NCBI GenBank assembly: GCA_964634905.1
Contig: CAZWJO010000001.1
Coordinates: 4,479-68,478, forward strand
Source of the DNA: an uncultured Sangeribacter sp.
GTDB taxonomy: Bacteria > Bacteroidota > Bacteroidia > Bacteroidales > Muribaculaceae
Direction: 5' to 3'
DNA length: 64,000 nucleotides
The translations under genes and the position numbers were made by a program. Shown one piece after another: positions 1 to 10,835 of this stretch. The number at the start of each line of letters is the position of its first letter. The first letter of the stretch is position 1. The notes under the pieces are model-generated. The model was given only the letters and a program-made list of their open reading frames with translations, did not search any database and was not told the origin of the DNA.

Positions 1-2067
1 GCAAATGAACATGTCGGCAACTATGCTGGTGTGACAGTCGATGCAAAGTCAGGACACCTTAATTATAAAGGATATCGAATCAACATAGTGGACCTTCCCG
101 GGACTTATTCCCTATCAGCATATAGTCCTGAAGAACAATACGTGGTAAGATACCTTAGGGATGAGACGCCTGACGTGATGATCAATGTTATTGTTGCTTC
201 AAATCTCGAGCGAAACCTTTACATGACTACTGAGCTTATCGACATGAACCGTCCGATGGTAATAGCCCTTAACATGTATGACGAGCTTGAGAAATCCGGA
301 GCAACATTGAAGTATAAGGAACTTGGAGCAATGCTCGGAGTACCTATTATTCCTACAGTTGCGTCAACTGGAAGGGGAGTACACGATCTTCTTGACACAG
401 TCATTGAAGTCTATGAAATGAGTCATCCTGACACTCGGCATATCCATGTCAAGATGAGCTCGGAGATTGAGGCAGGTGTGGATGTCCTTCGAGCCGATTT
501 AAAAGCAGAACCGAATGTGCCTCCTCATTTTGCAACCCGTTATCTCGCTATCAAACTCCTCGAGGGAGATCCGGAAGCAGAACTGTTGATTAGGAACACT
601 CCTGATTACAATCAAATCATTAAAGACCGAGATAGGGTAGCTACCGAAATAAAGGAGAAAATTAATGAAGATGTGCAGACTGCCATAGCTGCTAATAAAT
701 ATGGCTTTATCCAGGGAGCGCTTGCCGAAACTCTCGTGGGTGATTTGGTCCATGAAGAGAAAACTACAAAGATAATAGACGCGGTAGTGACCAATAAGCT
801 TTTCGGTTTCCCTATATTCCTTGCGGCAATGTTCTTCATTTTCTGGTGTACATTCGAACTTGGTTCTTACCCAATGGAGTGGATAGAAGACCTTGTAGGT
901 TGGATTTCCCGACTTTTATCCCAATATATGCCGGATGGTCCGTTGAAAGACCTTATTCTTGATGGAATAATAGGAGGAGTAGGAGGAGTTATAGTATTTC
1001 TTCCAAATATCCTTATCCTATACTTCTTTATATCCTTTATGGAAGATTCAGGCTATATGGCCCGGGTCGCGTTCATAATGGATAAGCTTATGCATAAGAT
1101 GGGACTCCATGGAAAGAGTTTCATTCCATTGGTCACTGGTTTTGGATGTAATGTACCTGCAATTATGTCTACGCGTATCATCGAGAGTAGTTCAAGCAGA
1201 TTGATAACCATATTGATACTTCCTTTCATGTCTTGCTCCGCAAGGCTCCCGATTTATGTGCTACTCGCAGGTGCATTCTTCCCCCATCATGGGGCGATAG
1301 TATTTTTCGGACTCTATTTGTTGGGAATTATTGTGGCTATTCTTACTGCTAAAATGCTAAGGAAGTTCTGGTTTAAGGCTGATGAGACTCCTTTTGTGAT
1401 GGAACTGCCGCCATATCGTGTCCCGACATATAAAGCGGTAGTGCGTAGCATGTGGTCGAAAGCTAAGCAGTATCTTCAGAAGATGGGTGGTTTGATTCTC
1501 GTAGCGTCAATCATCATCTGGGCATTGTCTTATTTCCCAAGATACTCTTTTCAGCAGATTCCTCAATCTTATCTGGAGAATACCTTAGCGGAGATGCCTT
1601 CAGATGAACTTAATGAAAAGTCACCAGAAGAAATAAATGAGCTTGTTTTGCACTCCTATCAGCAGGAACATTCGATACTGGGAAGCATAGGTAAGGTCTG
1701 TGAACCGGTCGTGCGGCCAATGGAACTTGGCTGGCAATCTTGTGTATCTTTGATTGCAGGTATGGCAGCTAAAGAAGTGGTTGTATCTACCATGGGTGTT
1801 CTTTATGTTGGAGATGACGATGCAGATGCTCTTAGCGAGCGACTAAAGACACCATCTCCATTAACAGGAAAAGCACCATTTACCACGGCTTCAGCTATAG
1901 CATTCCTTGTTTTCGTGTTGCTTTATTTCCCATGCGTGGCAACGCTCACAGCGACTATAAGAGAGACAGGCAATTGGAAATATGGAGTGTTCTCTCTCGT
2001 CTATAATACGGCTCTCGCTTGGATATTGGCAGTGGTTGCTTTTAACATAGCAAATCTTTTCTCATAA
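1..2067 (+). CDS. feoB: Ferrous iron transporter FeoB (5' truncated by window edge)
   Basis: Frame open from base 1 (ANEHVGNYAGVTV). G-domain motifs DLPGTYSL and LNMYDE, then membrane Gate domains (GFGCNVPA, PFMSCSARLP, LYFPCVAT). Confidence 0.97.
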   Translation, partial: ANEHVGNYAGVTVDAKSGHLNYKGYRINIVDLPGTYSLSAYSPEEQYVVRYLRDETPDVMINVIVASNLERNLYMTTELIDMNRPMVIALNMYDELEKSGATLKYKELGAMLGVPIIPTVASTGRGVHDLLDTVIEVYEMSHPDTRHIHVKMSSEIEAGVDVLRADLKAEPNVPPHFATRYLAIKLLEGDPEAELLIRNTPDYNQIIKDRDRVATEIKEKINEDVQTAIAANKYGFIQGALAETLVGDLVHEEKTTKIIDAVVTNKLFGFPIFLAAMFFIFWCTFELGSYPMEWIEDLVGWISRLLSQYMPDGPLKDLILDGIIGGVGGVIVFLPNILILYFFISFMEDSGYMARVAFIMDKLMHKMGLHGKSFIPLVTGFGCNVPAIMSTRIIESSSSRLITILILPFMSCSARLPIYVLLAGAFFPHHGAIVFFGLYLLGIIVAILTAKMLRKFWFKADETPFVMELPPYRVPTYKAVVRSMWSKAKQYLQKMGGLILVASIIIWALSYFPRYSFQQIPQSYLENTLAEMPSDELNEKSPEEINELVLHSYQQEHSILGSIGKVCEPVVRPMELGWQSCVSLIAGMAAKEVVVSTMGVLYVGDDDADALSERLKTPSPLTGKAPFTTASAIAFLVFVLLYFPCVATLTATIRETGNWKYGVFSLVYNTALAWILAVVAFNIANLFS

Positions 2068-2115
2068 TCGTTTAAATAATCATACTTAATTTGTGATGTT
2101 TTACGTTATAGATTT

Positions 2116-3495
2116 ATGAAACGTAAAACATCACTTTTTTTCATATCTCTCTATTTAGGTTCTGGCCTCGTTATGTCGCAGTCTCTTTCTTTCAGTGGAA
2201 ATTCATTGAAGGTGCTGGAAGTGACTCCGGAAAAATCCACTGGTCTCGAAAAGATATATGTCCTCTACTCTATAGAGGGCGTCACTGCCTCATATACATC
2301 CTCGTCGGGCAATCGGATCAATTGGCTTCAATACGGAAATCTTGGAGGTGGACATGCTGAAGAAGTGGCATCGAATCAGGATGGCAATACAAGTACTCTC
2401 ACTTCATTGGAAGGAGACAAAGGATACATCGTGGAAGATGGAGACCGAAGATATTGCTTCTGGATCACTGACTATTTACCTCATCGTCTTAAACTGCAAT
2501 CGGCTGCTCCCGCATCTGATCAAGAATGTGGAGTGACCATCATAAGCGTTACGGGTACAGGAGATCCAATAAGATATTTCACCATCAATGGGATGCAAAA
2601 GACTCTTGATCAAGAAATCTCAATTGAATATAACACTCAAGAATGGAAGGATGGCTCAGAACAAGGGAATTTCTATGACAAGGAAGTGGTGAAGAAATAT
2701 GAAAGTCTCCAATCAGAATACCGTCTTTCTCCTCCAAATTACTGCGCATCAACATTCAAAATAACCGGTGATAAGTTTCTTAAGGCATGGAATTGGGAAG
2801 AATCAGTTGAAACAGTGACGGTAAGTCCGACTTCTGTCGATGCCAGGACATTTGCAATTCAACAGAATTCAGGATCTAACGCTGACGATGGATCTGAAAC
2901 AGTCGCAGGAAGCAACCAAATAGGAGCAGGGGATAACGAAGGTCTTGGAGGTTCCGCACCATGCGATATAAGTTTTCAAGCTTACGTCACCGACGGAGTC
3001 ATACACAACGAATGGCAATTGACAAGAGACTCGGAATTTGAAAATATCGATTTTCGATTTACTACACAAGACCTTGACTACACTTTCCTTGAAGAAGGAT
3101 CTCACTATGTTCGCTATATAGGCAGTAATTCAGATGGCAGTTGCGAATACGTCAGTGATATTTATGAAGTGACGATAGGAGAGAGCCAGCTTAAGATTCC
3201 AAATGCTTTCTCACCCAATGGAGACGGTGTCAACGACGAATGGAAAGTAGCATATCGTTCGCTTCAGTCTTTCCAATGCTCAATTTTTGACCGTCAAGGT
3301 CATCAAGTTTGTCATCTGACATCCCCGGAACAAGGTTGGGACGGGAAAGTTCGAGGCAAGACGGTTGATTCCGGAGTTTTCTTCTATGTAATAGAGGCTA
3401 CAGGCACTGACGGTAAGAAATATAAGAAAAGCGGAGACATAAATATCGTGAAATTTGTAGGTAGGACTGCCACTTCTACCACTCCTGAGCAATAA
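2116..3495 (+). CDS. Secreted protein with gliding-motility-associated C-terminal (T9SS type B sorting) domain
   Basis: Signal peptide; PKD-like segment; C-terminal IPNAFSPNGDGVNDEW...GWDG...GVFFYVI signature. Confidence 0.88.
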   Translation: MKRKTSLFFISLYLGSGLVMSQSLSFSGNSLKVLEVTPEKSTGLEKIYVLYSIEGVTASYTSSSGNRINWLQYGNLGGGHAEEVASNQDGNTSTLTSLEGDKGYIVEDGDRRYCFWITDYLPHRLKLQSAAPASDQECGVTIISVTGTGDPIRYFTINGMQKTLDQEISIEYNTQEWKDGSEQGNFYDKEVVKKYESLQSEYRLSPPNYCASTFKITGDKFLKAWNWEESVETVTVSPTSVDARTFAIQQNSGSNADDGSETVAGSNQIGAGDNEGLGGSAPCDISFQAYVTDGVIHNEWQLTRDSEFENIDFRFTTQDLDYTFLEEGSHYVRYIGSNSDGSCEYVSDIYEVTIGESQLKIPNAFSPNGDGVNDEWKVAYRSLQSFQCSIFDRQGHQVCHLTSPEQGWDGKVRGKTVDSGVFFYVIEATGTDGKKYKKSGDINIVKFVGRTATSTTPEQ

Positions 3496-3510
3496 TGGCA
3501 CGATATTTGT
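3496..3510 (+). promoter_or_regulatory. Putative sigma-54 (-24/-12) promoter upstream of uvrA
   Basis: TGGCAC-GATAT-TTGT resembles the TGGCAC-N5-TTGC consensus. Confidence 0.45.
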
Positions 3511-3524
3511 TATAAGTTAAAGTT

Positions 3525-3548
3525 GACGCACGAGTCGTGTGTCCCTAC
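3525..3548 (-). repeat. GTAG-type REP-like palindrome, copy 1
   Basis: Reverse complement is GTAGGGACACACGACTCGTGCGTC; related copies at 18117-18141 and 45338-45364. Confidence 0.6.
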
Positions 3549-3566
3549 AAGTTTCTACTAAATACT

Positions 3567-6392
3567 ATGAATGAAAATCTTAAGGCAGCGGACCGCATCG
3601 AAGTCTCCGGTGCGAGAGTCCACAACCTGAAAAATATAGATGTTACAATACCACACAACTCTCTCAGTGTCATCACTGGGTTGAGCGGTTGTGGGAAATC
3701 TTCGCTTGCTTTCGACACAATATTTGCCGAAGGCCAGCGTCGTTATATAGAGACCTTTTCTGCTTACGCCCGAAATCTTCTCGGAAGTCTGGAGCGTCCT
3801 GACGTAGATAAAATCACTGGTCTAAACCCCGTTATAAGTATAGAACAGAAGACTACAAACAACAATCCGAGGTCTACAATAGGAACGACTACTGAAATTT
3901 ATGACTTTTTCCGTCTTCTATTTGCACGCCTTGGCGAACCACGAAGCTATATTAGTGGTAAACCAATGGTGAAATATACCAAAGAGAAGATTGTGGATAT
4001 GGTCAGCAAGACATTTGCTGACCGCAAGATTTATGTGCTTGCCCCTCTTGTTAGAAATCGTAAAGGTCATTATAAGGAGTTGTTTGAAAATCTACGCAAG
4101 AAAGGTTATCTTAATGTTCGCGTCGATGGAGAACTCCGTGAACTCGCATTCGGGATGAAGACAGACCGTTACAAAAATCATGATATTGAGCTTGTAATAG
4201 ATCGCCTAAAAGTAAGAGAAAATGAACAAGACCGGCTGAAAAAGGCTGTGGAAGAAGCTTTGAAACAGGGTGACAAGCAGATGATGGTTATTGATATGGA
4301 GTCAGGTCAACTTCATCATTTCTCTTTATTACTGATGGATTCTGAAAATGGTCTCTCTTATCCTGAGCCTGCCCCTCATAATTTCTCTTTCAACTCCCCT
4401 CAGGGCGCGTGCCGCCGTTGCAAAGGTTTGGGAGAAGTCAATATTGTTGATGTTGACAAGATTATCCCTGATAGGAATAAATCCATATATGAAGGTGGCA
4501 TAGTACCTCTTGGAAAATACAAGAGTAGTCTTGTATTTATGCAGATTGAAGCTATTTGCAAGATTTATGGAGCAACTCTGAAAACGCCAATTAAAAATCT
4601 TGCGGAGGAAGCCCTTGATGAGATTCTGAATGGAACTGATTCACGTCTTGTCATTGAAAATGCTTCAATACAAACTTATTCTTACACTTCCAATTATGAG
4701 GGGCTTGTAAAGTATATTGAGGCCCAACAATCCGACGATTTTGGAAGTGAGGCAAAAAAATGGAGTGAACAGTTTTACACTCGTGCAGTTTGTCCGGAAT
4801 GTGGTGGGCAACGGCTGAATAAGATATCTCTTCATTATTTCATAGACGATAAGAATATTGCAGACGTGGCAAGCATGGATATCAAGGAACTCTATGAGTG
4901 GACACAAGGACTTGAAGATCGTGTAGATAGTCAGCGGCGTCTCGTTGCTGTAGAAATCTTGAAAGAAATCCGTTCTCGATTAAAATTCCTTCTCGATGTA
5001 GGTCTTGATTATCTTTCTCTCAATCGTCCAAGTTCTTCACTTTCGGGAGGAGAGAGCCAACGTATACGTCTGGCTACTCAGATTGGCAGTCAGCTTGTCA
5101 ACGTTCTGTATATTCTTGACGAACCATCAATCGGACTTCATCAGCGTGATAATGAAAGATTGATCAATAGCCTAAAGCAACTTCGCGACAATGGGAATTC
5201 AATCATTGTTGTAGAGCATGACAAGGATATAATGAATGAAGCCGACTATATTGTTGATATAGGTCCGGGAGCAGGACGTAAGGGCGGTAATGTTGTGTTT
5301 CAGGGCACTCCTTCAGAGATGAAGAAGACTCATACTCTTACTGCATCTTATCTTAATGGAGAGAAATCAATCGAAATTCCATCTGAAAGAAGGAAAGGAA
5401 ATGGAAAGAATTTGACTATCAAAGGTGCTTCTGGCCATAACCTGAAAGATGTTGATGTAGCCTTCCCTCTTGGAAAGTTCATCTGTGTGACAGGTGTTTC
5501 CGGTTCGGGTAAATCAAGTCTTGTCAATGGAACTCTCCAGCCAATATTGAGCCAGAAGTTTTATAGATCGAATACTGCTCCTCTTCCATACAATGATGTT
5601 GAAGGAATAGAAAATGTCGATAAGGTGGTGACGGTCGATCAATCACCTCTCGGACGTTCTCCAAGGTCGAATCCTGCAACATATACCGGTGTCTTCACAG
5701 ATATCCGTAAACTCTTTATGGAGCTGCCGGAATCCAAGATTCGAGGATATAAGCCGGGACGTTTCTCATTCAATGTGAGTGGTGGACGTTGTGAGACTTG
5801 CAAAGGAAACGGTTATCGTACGATTGAAATGAACTTCCTTCCAGATGTGCTTGTGCCATGTGAGGAATGTCATGGCAAAAGATACAATCGAGAGACTCTT
5901 GAAGTGAGATATAAAGGTAAATCTATTGCTGATGTTTTGGAAATGACAGTCAATCAGGCAGTGGAGTTCTTTGAGAATGTGCCTTCAATATTGAAGAAGA
6001 TTAAAGTGCTTCAAGAGATAGGTCTTGGTTATATTAAGTTAGGTCAGCCGTCAAGTACGCTTAGTGGTGGCGAAAACCAACGTGTGAAACTTGCTACTGA
6101 ATTAGCTAAGAAGGATACCGGACGAACTCTTTTTATTCTGGATGAACCGACGACAGGACTTCACTTCCAAGATATTAAGGTGCTTCTCGGAGTCATCAAC
6201 AAGCTCGTTGACAAAGGTAACACGATGGTTGTGATAGAACACAATCTCGACGTAATAAAATCAGCCGACTGGCTCATTGAAATGGGACCGGAAGGAGGCA
6301 AGGAAGGAGGTCAATTGGTAGCCTGTGGCACTCCCGAAGAGATGTCGCTCCTCGACACCCCCACTTCCCGTTTCCTCCGTGAAGAATTATAA
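3567..6392 (+). CDS. uvrA: Excinuclease ABC subunit A
   Basis: Two ABC cassettes (GLSGCGKSS, LSGGESQR; GVSGSGKSS, LSGGENQR) and CxxC zinc fingers. ATG at 3567 preferred over GTG at 3537. Confidence 0.98.
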   Translation: MNENLKAADRIEVSGARVHNLKNIDVTIPHNSLSVITGLSGCGKSSLAFDTIFAEGQRRYIETFSAYARNLLGSLERPDVDKITGLNPVISIEQKTTNNNPRSTIGTTTEIYDFFRLLFARLGEPRSYISGKPMVKYTKEKIVDMVSKTFADRKIYVLAPLVRNRKGHYKELFENLRKKGYLNVRVDGELRELAFGMKTDRYKNHDIELVIDRLKVRENEQDRLKKAVEEALKQGDKQMMVIDMESGQLHHFSLLLMDSENGLSYPEPAPHNFSFNSPQGACRRCKGLGEVNIVDVDKIIPDRNKSIYEGGIVPLGKYKSSLVFMQIEAICKIYGATLKTPIKNLAEEALDEILNGTDSRLVIENASIQTYSYTSNYEGLVKYIEAQQSDDFGSEAKKWSEQFYTRAVCPECGGQRLNKISLHYFIDDKNIADVASMDIKELYEWTQGLEDRVDSQRRLVAVEILKEIRSRLKFLLDVGLDYLSLNRPSSSLSGGESQRIRLATQIGSQLVNVLYILDEPSIGLHQRDNERLINSLKQLRDNGNSIIVVEHDKDIMNEADYIVDIGPGAGRKGGNVVFQGTPSEMKKTHTLTASYLNGEKSIEIPSERRKGNGKNLTIKGASGHNLKDVDVAFPLGKFICVTGVSGSGKSSLVNGTLQPILSQKFYRSNTAPLPYNDVEGIENVDKVVTVDQSPLGRSPRSNPATYTGVFTDIRKLFMELPESKIRGYKPGRFSFNVSGGRCETCKGNGYRTIEMNFLPDVLVPCEECHGKRYNRETLEVRYKGKSIADVLEMTVNQAVEFFENVPSILKKIKVLQEIGLGYIKLGQPSSTLSGGENQRVKLATELAKKDTGRTLFILDEPTTGLHFQDIKVLLGVINKLVDKGNTMVVIEHNLDVIKSADWLIEMGPEGGKEGGQLVACGTPEEMSLLDTPTSRFLREEL

Positions 6393-6412
6393 TGTATGAA
6401 ACTATATAATAA

Positions 6413-6440
6413 AAGGTCGGGGATGCAATTCTCCGACCTT
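6413..6440. terminator. Hairpin between convergent genes, probable bidirectional terminator
   Basis: AAGGTCGGGGA-TGCAAT-TCTCCGACCTT stem-loop preceded by an A-run. Confidence 0.75.
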
Positions 6441-6462
6441 GTTATTCGTTAGCTATGGGATT

Positions 6463-7026
6463 TCAATTATTTTCGGCTCTCGCGTAGCTGGATTCTCCGG
6501 CTGCTTCAAGGAAGTTGCAGACTGCGTAGACAATAAGGGCGATACCTGTCACGAGTACTATTGCATTCATCATTTTTACCGGACCGAGAACGAAGATCAC
6601 TACTCCTGTGGCCACAAGCAGGATAGGAAGGATGTAGAATGCAAATGGGAATCTGGCATTTCTAAATCCGAATCCAAGCATACTGATGTGGTAGAGTCCT
6701 GCGAGAAGGATTATTGCAGCAAATACATAGACGAGCAATGAGCTGAAACTTGCCGGTCTCAATAGCATCCAAAGACCAAGTGCACCGGTTGCTACTGCGG
6801 TCAGCGTAGATATGATTGAAATGGATGTTGCGGATTTCTTTTCTCCGTTCACTTCGAGAGTAGCTTTACTTCTGAACACAACAATCAAATCAATAAGAGC
6901 CGACAAAAGGAAAGCTCCTCCTACTACCATCACTACAATATTGATGGCGGTAGCCTGCATAAACAGCAGGGCTATGCCCAAAATCAGGGTCACAATACCT
7001 GTATAAGTCAAATTCTTGCTTTTCAT
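6463..7026 (-). CDS. DUF308/HdeD-like membrane protein
   Basis: Six hydrophobic helices in repeated GIxxLILGIxLL-type units. Confidence 0.7.
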   Translation of the reverse strand: MKSKNLTYTGIVTLILGIALLFMQATAINIVVMVVGGAFLLSALIDLIVVFRSKATLEVNGEKKSATSISIISTLTAVATGALGLWMLLRPASFSSLLVYVFAAIILLAGLYHISMLGFGFRNARFPFAFYILPILLVATGVVIFVLGPVKMMNAIVLVTGIALIVYAVCNFLEAAGESSYARAENN

Positions 7027-7136
7027 AATATTAATTTTATAGATTTATTATGATATTATAACAATCCAATCCTTTATATGGTGCGAATAGTATCTTTTTT
7101 TATTGCAAGAAAGTTGTGTAATTCAAGATTTTTTCC

Positions 7137-7144
7137 TAATTTTG
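7137..7144 (+). promoter_or_regulatory. Bacteroidetes sigma-A -7 element
   Basis: TAATTTTG matches TAnnTTTG, about 25 bp upstream of the S1/P1 nuclease ATG. Confidence 0.6.
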
Positions 7145-7168
7145 TGCATAAAATTCAGAGAAATTTAT

Positions 7169-7960
7169 ATGAACGCTAAGTCTATACTCTCATTCGGAAT
7201 AATGATTTCAATGTCTGCCACAGCATTCGCTTGGGGCCAGAAAGGGCATGATGTCACTGCTTTCATTGCGGAAAAACACCTTACTCCTGCTGCAAAAGCT
7301 GCATGCGACTCCATCTTAGGAGGCAAGTCTATCGTCTATTGGGCTAACTGGGCAGACAATGCCTGCCATACTCCTCAGTATGAATATACTAAGACTTGGC
7401 ATTATCGCAATATCGATGCAGGGCATGACTACGACACATTCCCACGAAATGAAAGTGGAGATGTCACAACAGCTATCAAGGCTCAGTATGCAATACTTGA
7501 AGATCCAAATTGTACATTGGAGGAAAAACAGCTCGCATTGAAGCTTCTTGTGCATTTCTTGGGAGATATACATCAACCGATGCACATGGGTCATCTGTCC
7601 GACCGTGGCGGAAACAGTGTCAAGGTGAAATATTTCAACAGTGACAGAAATCTGCATGGTATTTGGGACAGTAGCGTAGTGGAGTCTGCTCACAATTGGA
7701 CTTATACTGAATGGCAAGACCAAATCGACCGCGCATCAAAAGATGAAGAGGCTCTCATCATTTCATCCACTGATCCCGACGATTGGGGAAAGGAAACTTT
7801 TGCATACGCGACTGAAATATACGAGAAAACTCCCGAGGGCACAAACATTAGCTATGACTATATTGCTGAATGGACTCCTGTCATTGAGCAGCAACTCCTG
7901 AAAGGCGGACTTCGACTTGCACATCTTCTAAATACTCTTTTTGACCCTCATTATAAGTGA
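7169..7960 (+). CDS. S1/P1 family nuclease (secreted)
   Basis: Signal peptide ending AFA, then WGQKGH; Zn-binding motifs WAD, HFLGDIHQPMH, NLHGIWD. ATG at 7169. Confidence 0.95.
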   Translation: MNAKSILSFGIMISMSATAFAWGQKGHDVTAFIAEKHLTPAAKAACDSILGGKSIVYWANWADNACHTPQYEYTKTWHYRNIDAGHDYDTFPRNESGDVTTAIKAQYAILEDPNCTLEEKQLALKLLVHFLGDIHQPMHMGHLSDRGGNSVKVKYFNSDRNLHGIWDSSVVESAHNWTYTEWQDQIDRASKDEEALIISSTDPDDWGKETFAYATEIYEKTPEGTNISYDYIAEWTPVIEQQLLKGGLRLAHLLNTLFDPHYK

Positions 7961-8418
7961 CAGAGCAACCACCATTGAACCTTCCATCAATAGAGCTGCG
8001 ACTACGGATGGTTGGAAAAATATTGAAAGTTTTTGATCCATTACGTGGTAAATATGTGGCTCTGACCCCCGAGGAATACGTGAGACAACATTTTACAGCC
8101 TGGATGACCGAAAGCCTCGGTTATCCGGCTTCTCTTATGAAAAATGAAGTGTCTCTTTCTCTCAATAATACGAGACGACGCTGCGACACTGTTGTTTTCC
8201 GAAGTGATGGTACTCCTGCAGTGATTGTTGAATACAAAGCCCCGACCGTAGCTATCACTCAAAATGTTTTCGATCAAATTGTGCGGTATAATATGGTGCT
8301 TCGCTCGAAGTATCTAATAGTCAGTAACGGTCTGATTCACTATTGCTGCAAGATGGATTATGATGTTGAATCGTATGCATTTTTGCCTCGGATACCAATA
8401 TGGTCGACTGAATTATAA
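7957..8418 (+). CDS. Stand-alone type I restriction HsdR N-terminal-like domain protein
   Basis: TPEEYVRQ, RCD, IVEYKAP, QIVRYN and SNG motifs. GTGA overlap with the upstream gene. Confidence 0.85.
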   Translation: MTEQPPLNLPSIELRLRMVGKILKVFDPLRGKYVALTPEEYVRQHFTAWMTESLGYPASLMKNEVSLSLNNTRRRCDTVVFRSDGTPAVIVEYKAPTVAITQNVFDQIVRYNMVLRSKYLIVSNGLIHYCCKMDYDVESYAFLPRIPIWSTEL

Positions 8419-8456
8419 TAATTTTCTAAGAAAAGAATCTTTATCGAAGTATCAGA

Positions 8457-10835
8457 ATGTCTGAACTCAATTATAATTATCTTGATCTTCTCAATGAGCA
8501 ACAGCGTGAAGCTGTAGTTTACAAGGATGGTCCGGCTCTTGTGATAGCAGGAGCGGGATCAGGCAAAACGCGTGTTTTAACTTATAAGATTGTTGATCTC
8601 CTCAGGGCAGGCTATGAGCCATGGCGCATACTTGCATTGACTTTTACTAATAAGGCTGCCAGGGAAATGAAAGACCGAATAAGAGATGTCGTAGGAGAAA
8701 GAATCGCTTCAAAGCTCAAGATGGGTACTTTCCACTCAATCTTTCTCCGCATTCTAAGGCAACATGCAGAAGAAATAGGATTTAAGCCATCGTTTACTAT
8801 TTATGACACATCAGACTCACGTTCACTCCTTAAAAGTATCATTAAGGATATGGGGCTCGATGAGAAGATGTATAAACCCGCTACGATTCATTCAGTAATC
8901 TCCAACGCTAAAAATGCATTGATCGACCCTGACCAATATCAGCAAGATCCGGATAATTTCAATGCAGACAAAAAGGCTAAACGCCCGATGACTGGAAAAA
9001 TCTACAAGGCATATTGCGAGCGCTGCAAGCGGGCAGATGCTATGGATTTCGATGATATTCTTGTCTACATGAATATATTGCTTCGGGATTTTCCAGATAT
9101 CAAAAGGCATTATCAGGAGTTTTTCCGATATATACTCGTAGATGAGTATCAAGATACAAACTTTGCCCAACACCTTATTATATCACAGTTGGCAGCCCTT
9201 CATAAACACCTTTGTGTAGTAGGAGATGATGCTCAGAGTATTTATTCCTTCCGCGGCGCAAACATCGGCAATATCCTTAATATGGAGAGGAGATATCCAA
9301 ATTTGAAGATATTCAAACTGGAAAGAAACTACCGGTCTACTCAAAATATCATCAATGCAGCGGGTAGTCTCATCGACAAGAATACACGCCAGATGAAGAA
9401 AAGTGTCTATAGTGAGAATGACGAGGGAGATAGAGTCAAGATTCTCTCAACTTACTCCGATATTGAAGAAGCTTATCTTGTCGCTAACATGATAGCAAAA
9501 TCTCGGCTTAGTCAGCATGATTCTTACGAAGACTATGCTGTGCTTTATCGCACTAATGCTCAGAGTCGTGCTTTGGAAGAGTCTTTGAGAAAGCGTAACA
9601 TAGCATATCGCATCTTTGGAGGACTTTCGTTCTATCAGCGTAAGGAAATCAAGGATGCCGTTTGTTATTTTCGTCTTGCAATCAATCCTGATGATGATGA
9701 GGCATTAAGACGCATCATCAATTATCCTGCAAGAGGAATAGGAGATACAACAATGAAGAAACTTTCAGATGCCGCTTCTGTTGCTAACATAAGTATATGG
9801 CAAGTGCTTCAAGACCCTATAAGCAAAGGAGTAGCAGTTAATGCAGGTACACTCAAAAAGCTTGCAGCTTTTCGAGATATGGTGCAGGAATTTATTGACG
9901 ACAATTCTAAGGGTTCAGATGCATACTCACTCGGACAGCTGATTTTCAACCGAAGTGGTATATTGACTGTTTTGAACCATGACAATACTCCTGAATCGAT
10001 AAGTAAACAAGAAAACCTTAAAGAGCTTCTTGCCGGTCTCAAAGATTTTGTTGATAGCCGCCAAGAAGAGGGAAATGAGCGAAATACCATGCGGGAATTC
10101 CTTTCAGAAGTAATGTTGGCTACCGACCAGGATTCTTCTGATGAGACATCGGATGAAAAAGTTACACTAATGACTTGCCATGCGGCAAAGGGTCTTGAGT
10201 TCAAACATATTTATGTAGTCGGAGTGGAAGAGGAACTCCTTCCATCGGCAATGTCAATGAATTCCATTGACGAAGTGGAGGAAGAAAGACGTCTGCTTTA
10301 TGTCGCAATGACAAGAGCTAAGGAGACCTGTGCTTTGACGTATGCCAAGACCCGTTTCCGCAATGGTCAGACTGTACAGACTCGACCCTCACGTTTCTTA
10401 TCGGAAATAGGAAAGAAATTCGTTCAAGTTGAGACTTCTTCCGATTTTTCAGATAGTTCGTCGACAATAACTTTCGTCAATCCGATGGATAGCTATAATT
10501 CCTTGCGTACATCCGGAAAGAAGTCATTTGCGTCGACCTACGACTCGTCTCGCAAATCGGGAACATCTTACGTAAGAAAGACTTCGGGATTTTCAGCATC
10601 TACAGAAAATAGTTCTCCGGAGTTATATTCTTCAACTCACAGAGGAAGGACTCCTGGAACTCACAGTCCGGAGGAAGTGCCTGTGGGCACAACAATTATC
10701 CATCCAAAACTTGGAGAAGGGGTTGTCACCAAGCTTGATTTTGTCATGGGAGAAGGAGTCATCACGGTAAAATTCTCACAGGCGGGAGATAAAAAACTAT
10801 ATCTTAGGTTTGCCCAGTTTAACATTCCTTCTTAG
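8457..10835 (+). CDS. uvrD: UvrD/PcrA SF1A DNA helicase
   Basis: AGAGSGKT, TFTNKAA, VDEYQD, VGDDAQSIY, HAAKGLEF, EERRLLYVAMTRA; C-terminal Tudor-like domain. Confidence 0.95.
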   Translation: MSELNYNYLDLLNEQQREAVVYKDGPALVIAGAGSGKTRVLTYKIVDLLRAGYEPWRILALTFTNKAAREMKDRIRDVVGERIASKLKMGTFHSIFLRILRQHAEEIGFKPSFTIYDTSDSRSLLKSIIKDMGLDEKMYKPATIHSVISNAKNALIDPDQYQQDPDNFNADKKAKRPMTGKIYKAYCERCKRADAMDFDDILVYMNILLRDFPDIKRHYQEFFRYILVDEYQDTNFAQHLIISQLAALHKHLCVVGDDAQSIYSFRGANIGNILNMERRYPNLKIFKLERNYRSTQNIINAAGSLIDKNTRQMKKSVYSENDEGDRVKILSTYSDIEEAYLVANMIAKSRLSQHDSYEDYAVLYRTNAQSRALEESLRKRNIAYRIFGGLSFYQRKEIKDAVCYFRLAINPDDDEALRRIINYPARGIGDTTMKKLSDAASVANISIWQVLQDPISKGVAVNAGTLKKLAAFRDMVQEFIDDNSKGSDAYSLGQLIFNRSGILTVLNHDNTPESISKQENLKELLAGLKDFVDSRQEEGNERNTMREFLSEVMLATDQDSSDETSDEKVTLMTCHAAKGLEFKHIYVVGVEEELLPSAMSMNSIDEVEEERRLLYVAMTRAKETCALTYAKTRFRNGQTVQTRPSRFLSEIGKKFVQVETSSDFSDSSSTITFVNPMDSYNSLRTSGKKSFASTYDSSRKSGTSYVRKTSGFSASTENSSPELYSSTHRGRTPGTHSPEEVPVGTTIIHPKLGEGVVTKLDFVMGEGVITVKFSQAGDKKLYLRFAQFNIPS

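Noticed and set aside
7169-10835. S1/P1 nuclease + HsdR_N + UvrD as a restriction or defence system
   Set aside because: No hsdM or hsdS, the HsdR-like protein has no helicase part, the nuclease has a signal peptide, and the helicase is a typical housekeeping PcrA/UvrD next to holA.
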